DNA of 64,000 nucleotides from Mobula hypostoma (lineage: Eukaryota): NCBI RefSeq assembly GCF_963921235.1, contig NC_086097.1, positions 32,428,001 to 32,492,000 on the forward strand. The letters run 5' to 3'. Both the position numbers and the translations under genes were made by a program. The notes beneath the pieces are model-generated. The model did no database searches, was not told the origin of the DNA, and was given only the letters and a program-made list of their open reading frames with translations. Below, in pieces: positions 24,556-37,479 of this stretch (the stretch's first letter is position 1; each line of letters opens with the position of its first letter).

Positions 24556-26244
24556 CTGCAAGGCAAAGCAGGAAAACAGGTTTGGTTCCTTTTTTACTCA
24601 CATTGGCTGCCTGGGCACCACAGACACGACGGCTGCCGACAATGCCACAAGTATTGAGGATTTTACCAACACCTGGTACTTGGGCAAGACAGAAGCATCA
24701 TGAGCTAAAAATCTGACACCCAGTTGGATAAGAAACATCAATATATTATGTTATGGAATCTTATTATAATCATATAGAATCTAATAATACATTGATAAGA
24801 AGATAATAAAATGAAAACAAGCAGATAAGTGATCACACGTCAAAGTTGCTAATAAGTGATCACTTCTGGCCAACTGCTCTGCCCAGAACTGCAAGAAACT
24901 GCAGAGGGCTGTGGACACAGCTCAGCACGTCACAGAAACCAGCCTCTCCTCCATGGACTGTGTCTATACTTCTCACTGCCTCATAAAAGCAGCCAGTATA
25001 ATCAAAGACACCATGGACCATCCACCATCTTTCTTCTCCCCTCTCCTGTTGGGCAGAACACACAAAAGCCTGAAAACATTAGGCTCAAGGTCAGCTGATA
25101 ATCCACTACTATAAGACTATTGAAAGGTCTCCTAGTATGAATAGATGGACTCTTAACCTCACAATCTACCTCGTCATGGCCCTTGTGCCTTATAGTATGC
25201 CTGCACTGCACTTTCTCTGTAGCTGTTACACTTTATTCTGCATTCTGGTACTGTTTTCCCATGAATTACTTCAATGCACTGTGAAATGAAATGATCTGTA
25301 TGAACAATATGCAAGACAAGCATCGTCATCATTTTGTGCAGTGTCAATGATGTGGGAAATCATTGTCTTGACCACTGGCAAATTTTTCTACAGAAGTGGT
25401 TTACCATTTCCTTTTTCTGGGCAGTGTTTTACAAGACGGGTGATTCTCACCATTATCAATACTCTTCACAGATTATCTGCCTGGCGTTAGTGGTTGCATA
25501 ACCAGGACTTGTGATATGTACCAGCTGCTCATACGACCATCTACCACCTGCTCCGATGGCTTTACATAACCATAATTGCGAGGCTAAGCAGGTGCTACAC
25601 CTTGCCCAAGGGTGACCTACATGCTAACGGAGGGAAGGAGAGTCTTACATCTCCTTTGTTAGAGATGCATCTCCTCCCCACCACCCATTATTGGCACATG
25701 TTTCATTGTACATGTGACAATAACGAAACAGTTTACCACTCTATGAAGACAAATGATCACTTCTGGTCACACAGATGGGTTTTTACTGAATCTCCGACAG
25801 GAGGGGAGATACACATGTTCAGGGCAAGAAGCTCTCAACCTATCCTCATGAGACAGCTCTCTAATCCAGGCAGCATCCTGGTAAATCTCCTCTACACCCC
25901 TCCAAAGCTTCCACATCCTGTTAAAAATGAGGTAGCCAGAACTGAACACAATACTCCAAGTGTGATAGAACTGGGCTTTTACAGAGCTGCAACATTACCT
26001 CACAGCTCTAGAGTTCAATCCCCCAACTAACGAAGGCCAACACACCATACATCTTCCCAACCTATCAACTTACGCAGCAACTTGAACAGATCAAGCAGCT
26101 CCTGTGACACAGGAAGCTCGGACGGAAGAGGAGGACATTGAACCAGGTGCACAGCGCAACAGCAAAGGAATGGGAATTTTCCTCCAGGGCAGCATTGTCA
26201 GCGTAAAGCATTCTCTTGGCATGGACAGCACAAGTCCAATACAG

Positions 26245-26614
26245 ATCCCTATAAGATCACCTTCATGATTTTATACATCCCAATAAGATCATCCTCACGA
26301 TTTTATAAATCCCTGTAAGATCACCCTGATTTTATACATTCCTGTAGGATCACCCTCATGATTTTATACATTCCTATAAGATCACCCTCACAATTTTATA
26401 CATCTTTATAAGATCACTCTCATAATTTTATACATCCTATAAGATCACCCTCACGATTTTATACATTCCTATAAGATCACCCTCACGATTTTATACATCT
26501 TTATAAGATCACCTTCATGATTTTATACATCCCTATAAGATCACCCTCACGATTTTATACATCCCTATAAGATCACCCTCATGATTTTATACATCCCTAT
26601 AAGATCACCTCTCA
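26245..26614. repeat. 32-bp tandem minisatellite (~11 copies) derived from a CR1 segment
   Basis: Unit CTATAAGATCACCCTCACGATTTTATACATCC; its reverse complement encodes CR1 GDLIGMYKIMR and runs into CR1 sequence at 26610-26700. Confidence 0.92.
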
Positions 26615-26752
26615 TTCTCCAATGCTCCAATAAAAAAGTCCCAGCCTGCTCAACCTCTCTAAATAACTCAATCCCTTGATTCCCAGCAACATCTCTTTGT
26701 AGCTTAAGTGTTGTAAACATATTTATTTTACGGAAGTTGAAACAGTACACAC

Positions 26753-26903
26753 CTCTGCCAGGACCATCCAGTGGATCAGGGGGTAACTTCTCTGGGCCTC
26801 CGTGGTCAGACTGAATGATCACAAAGTCGTTGCTGACTTTGCGAACCCGATAAGCAGCAAGGGCAGTTTTAGTCACCTCACAGGGCGTATTGAGCTGGGC
26901 ATG
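26753..26903 (-). CDS. TMED8: TMED8 coding exon 4 (HAQLNTPCEV...AYRVRKVSNDFVIIQSDHGG...GPGR)
   Basis: Acceptor ttgttctcttttcag|, donor AG|GTGTGT; 151 nt, phase 0 in and phase 1 out; DFVIIQSDH resembles TMED8 DIVMIQSEH. Confidence 0.88.
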
Positions 26904-29902
26904 CTGAAAAGAGAACAAAGAACATAAAACAGTACTGCACAGTACAGGACCTTCACCCCACAATGTTGTGCCAACCTTTAGCCTACTCTAAGATTAATCT
27001 AACCCTTGCCTCCCACTTAACCCTCAATTTTTCTATCATCCATATGCCCATCCAAGAATTTTTTAAATGTCACTAACGTATTTGCCTCTACCAGCATCGC
27101 TGGCAGTGTGTTCAATGCACCCACAATTCTCTGTGTAAAAATATCTATTTCTGACATACACCTTATACTTTCCTCCAATTATCTTAAAATTACAGTACGT
27201 CTCCCATATTAGCCATTACCTCTATTCATCTTACACACCTCTATCAAGTCACCTTTCATCCTCCTTTGTTCCAAAACAAAAATCCCTAAATCGCGCAACC
27301 TTTCCTCATAAGGTGTGTTCCCTAATCCAGACAGCATAACGGTAAATCTCCTCTGCGCCCTTTCTAAATCTTCCACATCCTTCCTATAAATGAAAACAAA
27401 TCTCAGTAAAGGGTAGAGAGTGAAGATTTAGGGAGGGTGTGCATTCCCACTACAGGGCAACCCCTCAAAGCAAACACAACATGCAACGGGCATCACCACG
27501 GCTCCCAAATCTTCCCAGAGTTACTCACAGACCATCAATTCACCTCCTGGTGCTGGAGGTAAATGCTACAGGGGCAATTCAGTGGACTTAAGAGGCAAAA
27601 TATTATGGTAACAGAATAAAAAAAAGGGACAAAGTACCACCCGCAGAATATGAAAAGATACACCTTGGTCAGCACGGACAAGCTGGACTAAAAGGTCTGT
27701 TACCAGGACAGGGGTGAGGACGATGCTTCAATTTCCCACTCCGAACCAGACAACAGGAACCTCACAGAGGACAGAGCTACCATGGAGATTCACCAGAATA
27801 ACATAGGTTACATTGCAAGATTCTCCAGAGATTATGAATAAGATTGAAAGAAAATTTACAAGGATGTTGCTGGGACTTAAATACCTGAGTTATAGGGAAA
27901 GGCTGAATAGTTTAGGACTTTATTCTCTAGAGCGCAAGGGGAAGAGGGGAAATTTTATACAGTTGTACAAAACTATGAGGGACATAAATAGGGTAAATGC
28001 AAGCAGGCTTTCCTCACTGAGGTTGAGCGAGATTAGAACTAGAGATAATGGATTAAAGATGAAAGGTGAAAGGCACCACACTTCTTCACTCAATGGGGTG
28101 GCACTAGTGTGGAATGAGCTGTCAGTGGAAGTGGTAGATACCCGTTTGATAGCAACATTTGGATTAGTACATGGATTGGACGGCTGCAGTTCAGGACTGG
28201 CGATGGGAGGAGGCAGAATAACAGTTCAGCACAGACTAGGTGGGCTCAGGGGCCTGTTTCTTTGCTGTAGTGTTCTATGACCAAGCTGCTGTTTCTTTAA
28301 AAATGCAAAATGAGAGAACGTTTTCTGAGTTACTCAAATCAGTAAATGGGAATAAATGAGTAAAAAGAGAGTTTTCCTTTGCCTGTCTGGAGATTTAAAG
28401 GGAAGAGGTCACCTTTAGAAAATCTGTTGTGTCAGAATGCAATTCGTTATACAAAGCTAGTAGACACCTATAATTTCTCTTCCAAAAGACTGTACATGTT
28501 CAAGACTCAAATTTATTTATCACATGTATATCGGAACATCCAGTGAAATGCATCATTTGTGTCAACAATCAACACAGTCCCAGGATGTGCTGGAGGCAGC
28601 CCCCAAATGTCATCAAGTTCGAGAATCAATAACGCAATTCTATTAGAACTGAAGTCTCACGGACAAGAAAGCACTGGAGCCTCAAGAAGGAAAGGGTGCC
28701 TCAGAGATCCTAGTCTGTCCCTTTGAGATACAAAGACATTACCCTTCACTTTCTCCCACCTAAAATCAGACCAGATCCAGCTTGCCATTTCCCTTTGGAT
28801 CCTGTTTTATTTTCTTGATCAATCTGCCACGTGGAACCTCTACAGGAGTTGTGCTAAAAATCCAAGGAAGTATACCCACACTGACTTTATCTCCTCAATA
28901 GAAACCTCAGTGTAAGTTACTGACGAACTTCATGCAACTAGTCTGTGAACGCTGTCCTCAGTTCATCTGTGGTTTACTTCGTTAGGACCTTGAGGAGATT
29001 CAGTGTGTCACCAAAGAGTCTAAAAAATTTCTAGAGATGGTTGCATTACTGCCTGGCATGGAGACTCCAATTCACAGGATTGCAAGAAGCTGCAGAAGGT
29101 TGCATACTCAGTCAGTTCCATCATGGGTACTACACCAAACTACACCCCTCCCCCACTGCCCAAAAGACATTTTCACGAGTTGGTGCCTCAAGAAGGCTAC
29201 AACCTTAATTTAGGAGCCTCAGCACCTGGGACGTGCCCTCTTCTCATTACTAGCACCAGGGAAGAGGTACAGGAGACCGATGACCTACACTGAATGACTC
29301 TTCCCCTCCGCCATCAGATTTTTGAACAGTCTATGAACTCATGAACACTACTTTGTTTTTCCTTTTTTTACACTATTTATGTTTGTAACTTATAATAATA
29401 AAGGCAAGGTAGTGTAGCAGCACAATTGCTTTATAGCGCCAACAATCACCAATCTAGGTTCGAATCCAGCTGCTGTCTCTAAGTTCGTATATCCTCCCTG
29501 TGACTGCGTACGTTCTCTGATCACTCTGGTTTCCTCCCACATTACAAAGACGTACGGGTTAGGTTTAGTAAGTGGTGGGCATGCTGTGTTGGTGACACTT
29601 GCGGGCTGCCCCCAGCACGCCCTCAGACTGTGTTAGTCATTGATGCATTTCACTGTACATTTTGGTGCACAAGTAACAAATAAAAGTAATCTTTATCTTT
29701 TTTTATGCCATGCTGCCACAAAACAAATTTCATGAAATGTCGGTGAAATTGATTCCGATACGGATCTAAAATAATCTGAACTCAGCCGTGTGGCGTTGCC
29801 TGATGAGGGGTTGGAGAAAGGATCCCTGGCCACATTATGTGTCGTTGAGTTAAAAATAGTAGAGTGTTGAGGGAAACTGGTTCAGAAGCATAAACTACAC
29901 AC

Positions 29903-30011
29903 CTGCTGTGATCGTTCATCCACAGATGCTGTCGGCTGGTCCAGTCGACCTTCCACACCTTCTCCAGAACCAGTTTCTATATCCGCTGTCATCGGTTTTG
30001 CATTCTGGGGC
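29903..30011 (-). CDS. TMED8: TMED8 coding exon 3 (RPQNAKPMTADIETGSGEGVEGRLDQPTASVDERSQQ)
   Basis: Polypyrimidine tract then gag| acceptor; donor CAG|GTGTGT; 109 nt, phase 2 in and phase 0 out; RPQ start matches human HRPQ as recalled; acceptor is weak (GAG). Confidence 0.65.
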
Positions 30012-33000
30012 CTCTCGAGGAAAAAGGAAATCCTCAATCAAAAATAAATGCCAACCTAGATGCTGCCCATCCCCGTGCTGAGCGGAAATACCCCCGGCAA
30101 GCAGTGTTGTAAATGAGGGCTGCCCTAAGTGCATGGCAGAGCCGTGCACAGCCGGAGTAGTAGTATCTGTGTTATCTGAAACGCTGGAGGTGAAGTGTAA
30201 GCAGGAGAGCTTAAAGTGGGGGTAAGCAACACAAACACTCAGTCCTACATGCCAACAAAGTTCATGAGAATATTCCCTGGAATGAAAGGGTTAAAATATG
30301 ATGACCATTTAAGGGCTCTGGAAGGCGTTGCATAGATATTTTTTTCCTTAAACTGGTTCATCAGCACAGAACTGTTTCAGTACCGTTAGTAAATGAAGTG
30401 AAGCAAACTGGATTGATTACGCAGCAATGAGCTCTAACAATAGCGTGCACTCTATAGATTGACTGAAGGGCCTTTTCTTTATTTTGTATTAAAAGGTATT
30501 ATTTTGTTTGCTATAGCTTAAAATATTTTGTCAATACAATTTCATTCTAAGTTTATGTTGATGTGAGCTAAATTATTGCTTCCTAGTGAACAATAAATTT
30601 GCATGGATGTGTCAGTATTCATACGGGTAATTGTCTTATTTTCCTTAGAAGAAACATTCAAACTTTTATGTTTTGTGTTTACTCGAATCATATTTACCCT
30701 AGGCCTGTTTACTTATTGGAAATGGCCATTTCACTGTTATTCCCCATGTATTGTAGAGTTACAGAATATTGCTGTTAGGTTGTATTCACAGTAATAGCTA
30801 ACCTATCACGAGCCTATGGTGAGAGGATTACACTTAAAAGTGAAGTTTAATATGTTCTTGATTTTAAGGGTGTCAAAGGTTACAGGGAGAAGGCAGGAGA
30901 ATGGGGTTGAGAGGGAAAATAAATCAGCCATGATTGAATGGCAGAGCTCGATGTTTTACGGCCCAATGTCAGCAGGGATCAGGCTGGTGACTAAACTACA
31001 ACAGGGTCAGCTAAGGCGTCGCGACTTTAGGTATATAAGGAGAGGAGAATCTGCCTGATCTGGAATCATTATCATTGCTGTGTACATACATCTACTGATG
31101 CTTCTGGACACATCTTCAGTGATGTTCCTGGAATCATCGGGTGTTTTGGGCCTTTCAACATCATACAACCTCCTCCAGGTGACCCAGTCGGGGCTGATCA
31201 GACTCCAGCTTGTGTCCAGATGGCGAGCTACTTATGACTCCATTTGGACAATATGTGACAAATAAAACTAATCTCTCTTGGAGAAGGACTGTGGCATTTT
31301 ATGAATAAAACATGCAAGAGTCGTTTGATGTGTTTAACAAAAACCACAGCTATTTACTTCCATTACGAACAAACCAAAAGTAGTCAGACACCTTCTCTTA
31401 AAGTAAACACAACAACTCAATGGTGGTGTTTGTGAATTATATGGAACAGTTTCTATTATGAATATGTGTCATCTATCACTCATTACATTACCCTACACAG
31501 CACCCACCCCCAGAATTCACCAAAACCGGTATTGAGAGTCTGTCCGGAGTTCAAATGAGTCACCCTGCTCTGGTCTTATGTGCTTTGGCTGGAGTAACAG
31601 CAGGTGCCTCTGGGCTGTCCATGGGTGTGTAGACATGCACATGATCATGTCATGATGCAAGGGGTAATGGCAGTGGAACCTTCCAGATCTTGGTGGGCCA
31701 GTTTAAAGCAATCTACAGAAATACATTCAGTTTTACCCTTCCTATCTACAATAAAAGTCTTTTCACCCTGTTCCAAAACTCGGAACGGGCCATCATAAGG
31801 GGGTATTTATGTGCATTATGGCGGACAAAAACGAACAAGGTAGAATGTGGGTCAACTAGAACCCCCCAACAGTGCTGTACACCATGACAGGAGGTAGGAA
31901 TTGGTGTAAAAGAATTGAGTTTGCTGAGGACAGCACCCCACTGAGATGCTGACCAAGCCGTTGTGGTGTCAGGAATAAAATCACCCAGCACCCAGACACC
32001 AGCTCAGCTGCCGTCTTCTTTTGGAGTCGTCCTGACCCCTAGCAGGATCCACGGGAGACGACGGTGCCAACACTTGTCCATCAGGGAGGTCCTCAGAGCA
32101 GCCTTTAAGGTGAAACCGCTCCCCTAGGCATTGGACTGCAAGCCATATGCTGTGGTGTGATGAAATTTAACACCGAGGTTCTGGGCCATTGCGGCCCACA
32201 GGTCCGACATGAATTAGGGACCACAGTCAGAAGAAATATAAGACCCAAACCACATCTGCAGCCAATGCGACGCTAGAGGGACAACCTCTGGCCACCTGGT
32301 GATACAGTCCACTGTAGGGGGAGTGGGGGGCGGCAGAGGACCAACCAGGTTCACGTTGACGTGGTCAAACCGTCACTCAGGGACCTCAAAAGGAGCTGAT
32401 GGTGCCCAAGCGTGACAGTTAATTTTTGCCCACTGACACACAACACAGGATGCACTCCAGTCTCACAAATCCTTCCTAAGGCTGTGCCACACAAACTTTA
32501 AAGCAACCAGCTTCTGTGAAGACTTCCCGTCGGGATGTGAAAGTCCATGAATTGAGTTAAAAACAGTACTGTATGCCTCTGGTTTGCCGGCACTATGGGG
32601 AAAGGGCGACCGGTTGAGACATCGTACAGGAGAGAAACTCTTGTGCCTCCAAACTTGACGTCAGCCAACTGCAGAGCTATGACTGCTGTCCTGTGAGCCT
32701 AGACCTTTGGGTTGACCAGCAGTCAACCCCGATGTGTACGGCACTGACAGCAGGCTGTGAGAGGCAATCAGCCACAGTATTATTTTTCCCTTCAATGTGC
32801 TGAATGTCAGTCATGAACTCCAAAATGTAGGCCTAAGGTGCTGCTGCCATGCAGACCAAGGGTATGCAGGTGTGCTTTACCTGCATACAATGCCAAGCAT
32901 TTCCATGTTAGCAAACTCAGCCTTCATGCTGGCCAGATTTTCTGAGTCCAGTCTACGTTTAGGGTCATGGACCAGAGACAATTGTGGAAATGTGGTGCTT

Positions 33001-34277
33001 GAATGCATGCTTTGTGACTGTAGTGGAAAATGTAGGTTTGGTGAGGTTTGGGAATTCACCCAGCAGGTGAGTGAATTCACATATGGTGGCACATGTGCTA
33101 GACAAGAGCCGTCCTGGGGAACTTACTGGGGCTACAGGGTAACGATCTAGAGTCCTTTGCATTCACCAGCAGGCAGTTTTTACGATCTACTAACAGTCCT
33201 TTGATGCACAGGAAATCTGCACTGAGCAGAGGTCTAGGAACTTTAGCCAAGAAAAAGTCTCATGTGTAGCATTGTCCACTAAAGCAGAGCATCATGTGTC
33301 ATGTCCCCCACCTCCAGATCCTGCTGCCGTTGGCTGCCTCTGGTGAGGACCTGATGCTCCCTGCTTTCTAATCAATAGGTGATGCTGGTAGCACACTCAC
33401 TTGAGCGTCTGTGTCTCACAGGAAGTATCACCCAGAAAGGGTGCCTATAATGAACTCTAGATGATCCCAGGAGCTGGAAACCACAGTGATCACAGAGCTC
33501 CAACGTCCCGATGCACTGGCACTGTCGAAGCTGCATGGCAGTCGGCATTTCTTGGCATTTCATATTGAAGCGTGCATGGTAAAAAAACATTGACCCAGCA
33601 TAGTCTGCTTCAGAAACAGGGACACGAGTCTACTGAATGCTCTGCTGACAGGACTTATTGAGACAGGGAAAAGAGGTGGAACGATGCACCTCCGCCTGGA
33701 AAAGAGGTGGAACGATGCACCTCGGCCATTTTAGCAAGCTCCCTATAGTCCTTCACAGGTGTATTAGCAAGGGCTGTGCAAACTTGATCAGACATATGCT
33801 GCAAAAAGAGTTCTTTAAAAATAAAATAAGGATGGTGATTGCTTAGGAGTGATAGCATGTGGTCCATTAGTTCTTAAGGACTAGCGTCAGCCAGGCTGGG
33901 CAAGAAGAACAACTGTTAGGTGTACTCAGACTCTGACAGTCCAAAAGTCTATAATAGCTGAGTTTTCAGAGTGATATATTTATCACATACAGGCAGGTCC
34001 TCTAGTAAACTCACCACGCTGGCTGCAGTGGAACTACTTAGTGATGCTACGACATAGTCAAACGTGGCACTGTCCATGCATGAACTGAGCTTCTGCCTGT
34101 ACAAACCATGCCGTAGTCAAGTGTGCTGCTCCCAAAACTCCAGCAGCTTCAAAGCGACTCCATTGGTCTGAGAGTGTTAGAGTCACCAATGTTGGATTTT
34201 GTGAATAAAACACGAGTTTTTTTTATGTGCTTAACAAAAGCCACAGCCTTTACTTCCATTAAGAACAATCAAAAGTA

Positions 34278-36480
34278 TGATTGAATTCATATTGCAATTT
34301 GAAAGGGAGAAGCACAAGCCACATGTATCAGTGTCACAATGGAATAAAGGGAATTCAAGAGGCATGAGAGAGGAGCTTGCCTAGGTCAACTGGAGGGGGA
34401 TACTAATGTGGATGATCACAGGGCAGAGGTGGCTGATGTTTCTGGGAATAGTTCACAAGGTGCAGGATAGATATGCCCCACAGAAGTTGTTCTCAAATGG
34501 CAGTGCAAGGCAACCATGGCTGACAAGGGAAGTTAAGGATTGCATAAAAGCCAAGGAAAAGGCATATAATGTAGCAAAAGTGAGTGGGAAGCTGGATGAT
34601 TAGGAAGTTTTTAAAATCCAACAAAAGGCAACTAAAAAAGCTACAAGAAGGGAAAAGATGAAATATGAGGGCAAACTAGCCAATAATATAAAGCCAGATA
34701 CTAAGAGTTTTTTCAGTTATATAAAGAGTAAAAGGGAGGTGAGAGTTAATATTGGACCACTGGAAAATGATGATGGTGAGGTAGTAATGAGGAACAAAGA
34801 AATGGCAGATGAACTTAAGTACTTTCCATCAGTCTTCACTCTGGAAAACACTAGTAGTGTGCCTGAAGTCTGTGCGTGTCAGGGAGCAGAAGTGAAATTA
34901 AAAAGTGCTAGGCAAACTCAAAGGTCTTAAGGTGGATAAGTCACCTGGACCATATGGACTATATCCCAGCATTCTGAAAGAGGTTGCTGAAGAGAAACCA
35001 ATTCCATTGGCTATAAACTTTCAAGAATCACTTTTTTCAGGCATGGCTCCGGAGGACTGGAAAATTGCAAATGTCACTCCACTCTTTAAGAAGGGAGGAA
35101 GGCAAAAGGAAATTACAGGCCAGTTACCCTAACCTCAGTGGTTGGGAAAGTGTTGGAGTCCATTATTAAGAATGAGGTTTCGGGGTACTTGGAGACGAAT
35201 GATAAAATAAGTCAGAATGGTTTCTGTAAAGGGAAATCTTGACTGACAAATCTATTAAGAGTTCTTCGAGGAAGTAACAAGCAGGGTAGACAAAGGAGAG
35301 GCAGTAGATGTAATTTACTTGGATTTTCAGAAGGCATTTGGAAAGGTGTATTACGTAGCTGTTTAACAAGATAAAATCCCATGGCATTACGGAAAAGATA
35401 CTGGCATGAATAGAGGAATGGCTGACAGGCAGGAGGCAGCAAGTAGGAATAAAGCGAGGCCTTTTCTGGTTGGCTGCCGGTGACTAGTGGTGTTCCTCAG
35501 GGGTCAGTACAATATTAGGACCGTACTTTTCACATTGTTTGTCAATGATTTAGATAGTGGAATTAATGGCTTTGTGGCAAAGATTGCTGATGATATGAAA
35601 ATAGGTGGAGGGGTCAGTAGTAATGCAATTGCAGAAGGACTTAGACAAATTGGAAGGATGGGTGAAAAAGTGGCAAATGGAATACAGTGTTGGGAAATAT
35701 ATGATAATGCATTTTGGTAAAAGGAACAATAGTGGAGACTATTATCTAAATGGGGAGAAAATTCAAGCATCAGAGGTGCAAAGGGACTTAGGAGTCCTTG
35801 TGCAAGACTCCCAGAAAGTTAATTTACAGGTTGAGTCTGTGGTAAAGACGGCAAATGCAACGTTGGCATTCATTTCAAGGGGAATAAAATATAAATATAG
35901 GAGATAATGCTGAGGCTTGATAAGACACAAATCAGGCCACACTTGGAGTATTGTCATCAGTTTTGGGCCTCATATCTTAGAAAGGATGTGTTGTCATTGG
36001 AGAGAGTCCAGAGGAGGTTCACGAGGATAATTCCGGGAATGAAGGGGTTAACATATGAGGAGTGTTTGGCAGCTTTGGGCTTGTACTCACTGGAATTTAG
36101 AAGAATGCAGGGTGATCTTATTGAAACCTACCAAATGTTGAAAGGACTAGTCCTAGATAAGGTGGATGTGGAGAGGATGTTTCCTATGGTGGGGGTGTCC
36201 AGAACTAAAGGGACAACCCTTTAGAACAGAGGTAAGGAGGAATTTTTTTTAAGCCAGAGAGTAGTGAATCTGTGAAATGCTCCGCTACAGACAACTGTGG
36301 AGGCCAAGACCGTGGGTATATTTAAAGCAAAAATTGTTTTCTGATTGGTCAGGGCATCAAAGGTTATAGTGAGAAGGCATGTGTATGGGGTTGACTGTGA
36401 TCCAGGATCAGCCATGATGGAATGGTGGAGCAGACTTGATGGGCTGAATGGCCTAATTTTTCTCCTACATCTTATAGTCT
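34278..36480 (+). mobile_element. CR1 LINE ORF2/3' end inserted into the Gypsy LTR
   Basis: PWLTREVK, KSPGP, PEDWKIANVTPLFKKG, AKIADD, RPHLEYC..W motifs; CR1 3' tail. Confidence 0.9.
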
Positions 36481-36525
36481 TAAAAGCAGTTGCCTTTCAC
36501 TGACATCATTATGTCAGATACTATC

Positions 36526-36917
36526 TGAGATGGTGCTTGGTGTCGGAGGCTCGAAGTTTTTGGATAGACTCAGAGTCGGACTGTGGTCGGGTGCTTTCAG
36601 GATGCTGCAATGGCAAGTTTGCAGTGCTGGAAGTTCATGGCAACGAGAGTTTCTTCCTTCTACCGTCTGTGTGAGATGTTGGGGCTATCGGGACTTTGAG
36701 ACTTTTTTTTTTACCGTGCCCATGATCTGCTCTTATCAAATTACGGTATTGCTTTGCACTGTTGTAACTATATGTTATAATTATGTGGTTTTGGTCAGTT
36801 TTAGTCTTGGTCGTCTTGTGTTTCTGTGATATCATACCGGAGAAACATTGTATCATTTTTTAATGCATGCATTTCTAAATGACAATAAACGAGGACTGAG
36901 TGTCCTCATAATCTAAT
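36526..36917 (+). mobile_element. non-coding retroposon with 3' hairpin and (TAATC)n tail; second copy at ~62566-62795 (-)
   Basis: ~230 bp shared between the copies; ends AATAAA-GAGGAC(N5)GTCCTC-ATAATCTAATCT. Confidence 0.7.
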
Positions 36918-37479
36918 CTTAAAGTGAATACACAACAACTTCTGTGAATTATGTAGAACAGTTTCCATTATGAACAATATGTCATCTTTTACCCAATACA
37001 TTACCCTATAGTACAAGGTAAAACAGTAAGAATGCAGAACAGTGTTACAGTTACAGAGAAAGTGCAGTGCAGGCAGACAATAAGGTACAGAAGTGGTCCA
37101 TTCAAAAGTCTGATAATATATGTATGATACATAGTCTGGTGCATGCTGGAGATGTGGATCAATGCATGGTGTGATGCATATTGGAACATCTGACCAATGT
37201 AGGACATATACTATGAGTGGTAGGGCATTAGTGAGTGCCATGGAACAGAGGGAGGTAGGAATACAAGTGCATTGTGTGTTGAAAGTGACATCACAGGTAG
37301 ACGGGGTAGTGAAAAAGACATTTGGTTCTTTATCAGTCAGACATTATGGGAGCTGGGATATTATAGACCATCAAACACTACAGCACAACACAGGCCGTTT
37401 CAACCTTTTAACTCACTCTAAAATCAATGTAATCCTTCCTTCCTATGTAGCCCTTTGTTGAGAGGGGGTCGAGAGGGAG

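Larger units (their letters stand above)
31290..37010 (-). mobile_element. decayed Gypsy-type LTR retrotransposon; 3' LTR 31290-31497, internal 31498-34189, 5' LTR split (34190-34277, 36481-36525, 36917-37010)
   Basis: TG...CA LTR; PBS TGGTGAC next to the 5' LTR; polypurine tract GGGGGTGGG before the 3' LTR; remnants of gag (WFVQAEAQF), pol (RRLDSENLASMKAEFANMEMLGIV) and integrase (RFDHVNVNLVGPL). Confidence 0.85.

Noticed and set aside
24164..24601. Calling the GOLD gene ACBD3 or SEC14-like
   Set aside because: No acyl-CoA-binding or CRAL-TRIO exons; the 6-exon structure, 305-aa length and SAMD15 adjacency fit TMED8
26245..26614. CRISPR-like 32-bp repeat array
   Set aside because: Head-to-tail units with no unique spacers, CR1-derived, eukaryotic context, no cas genes
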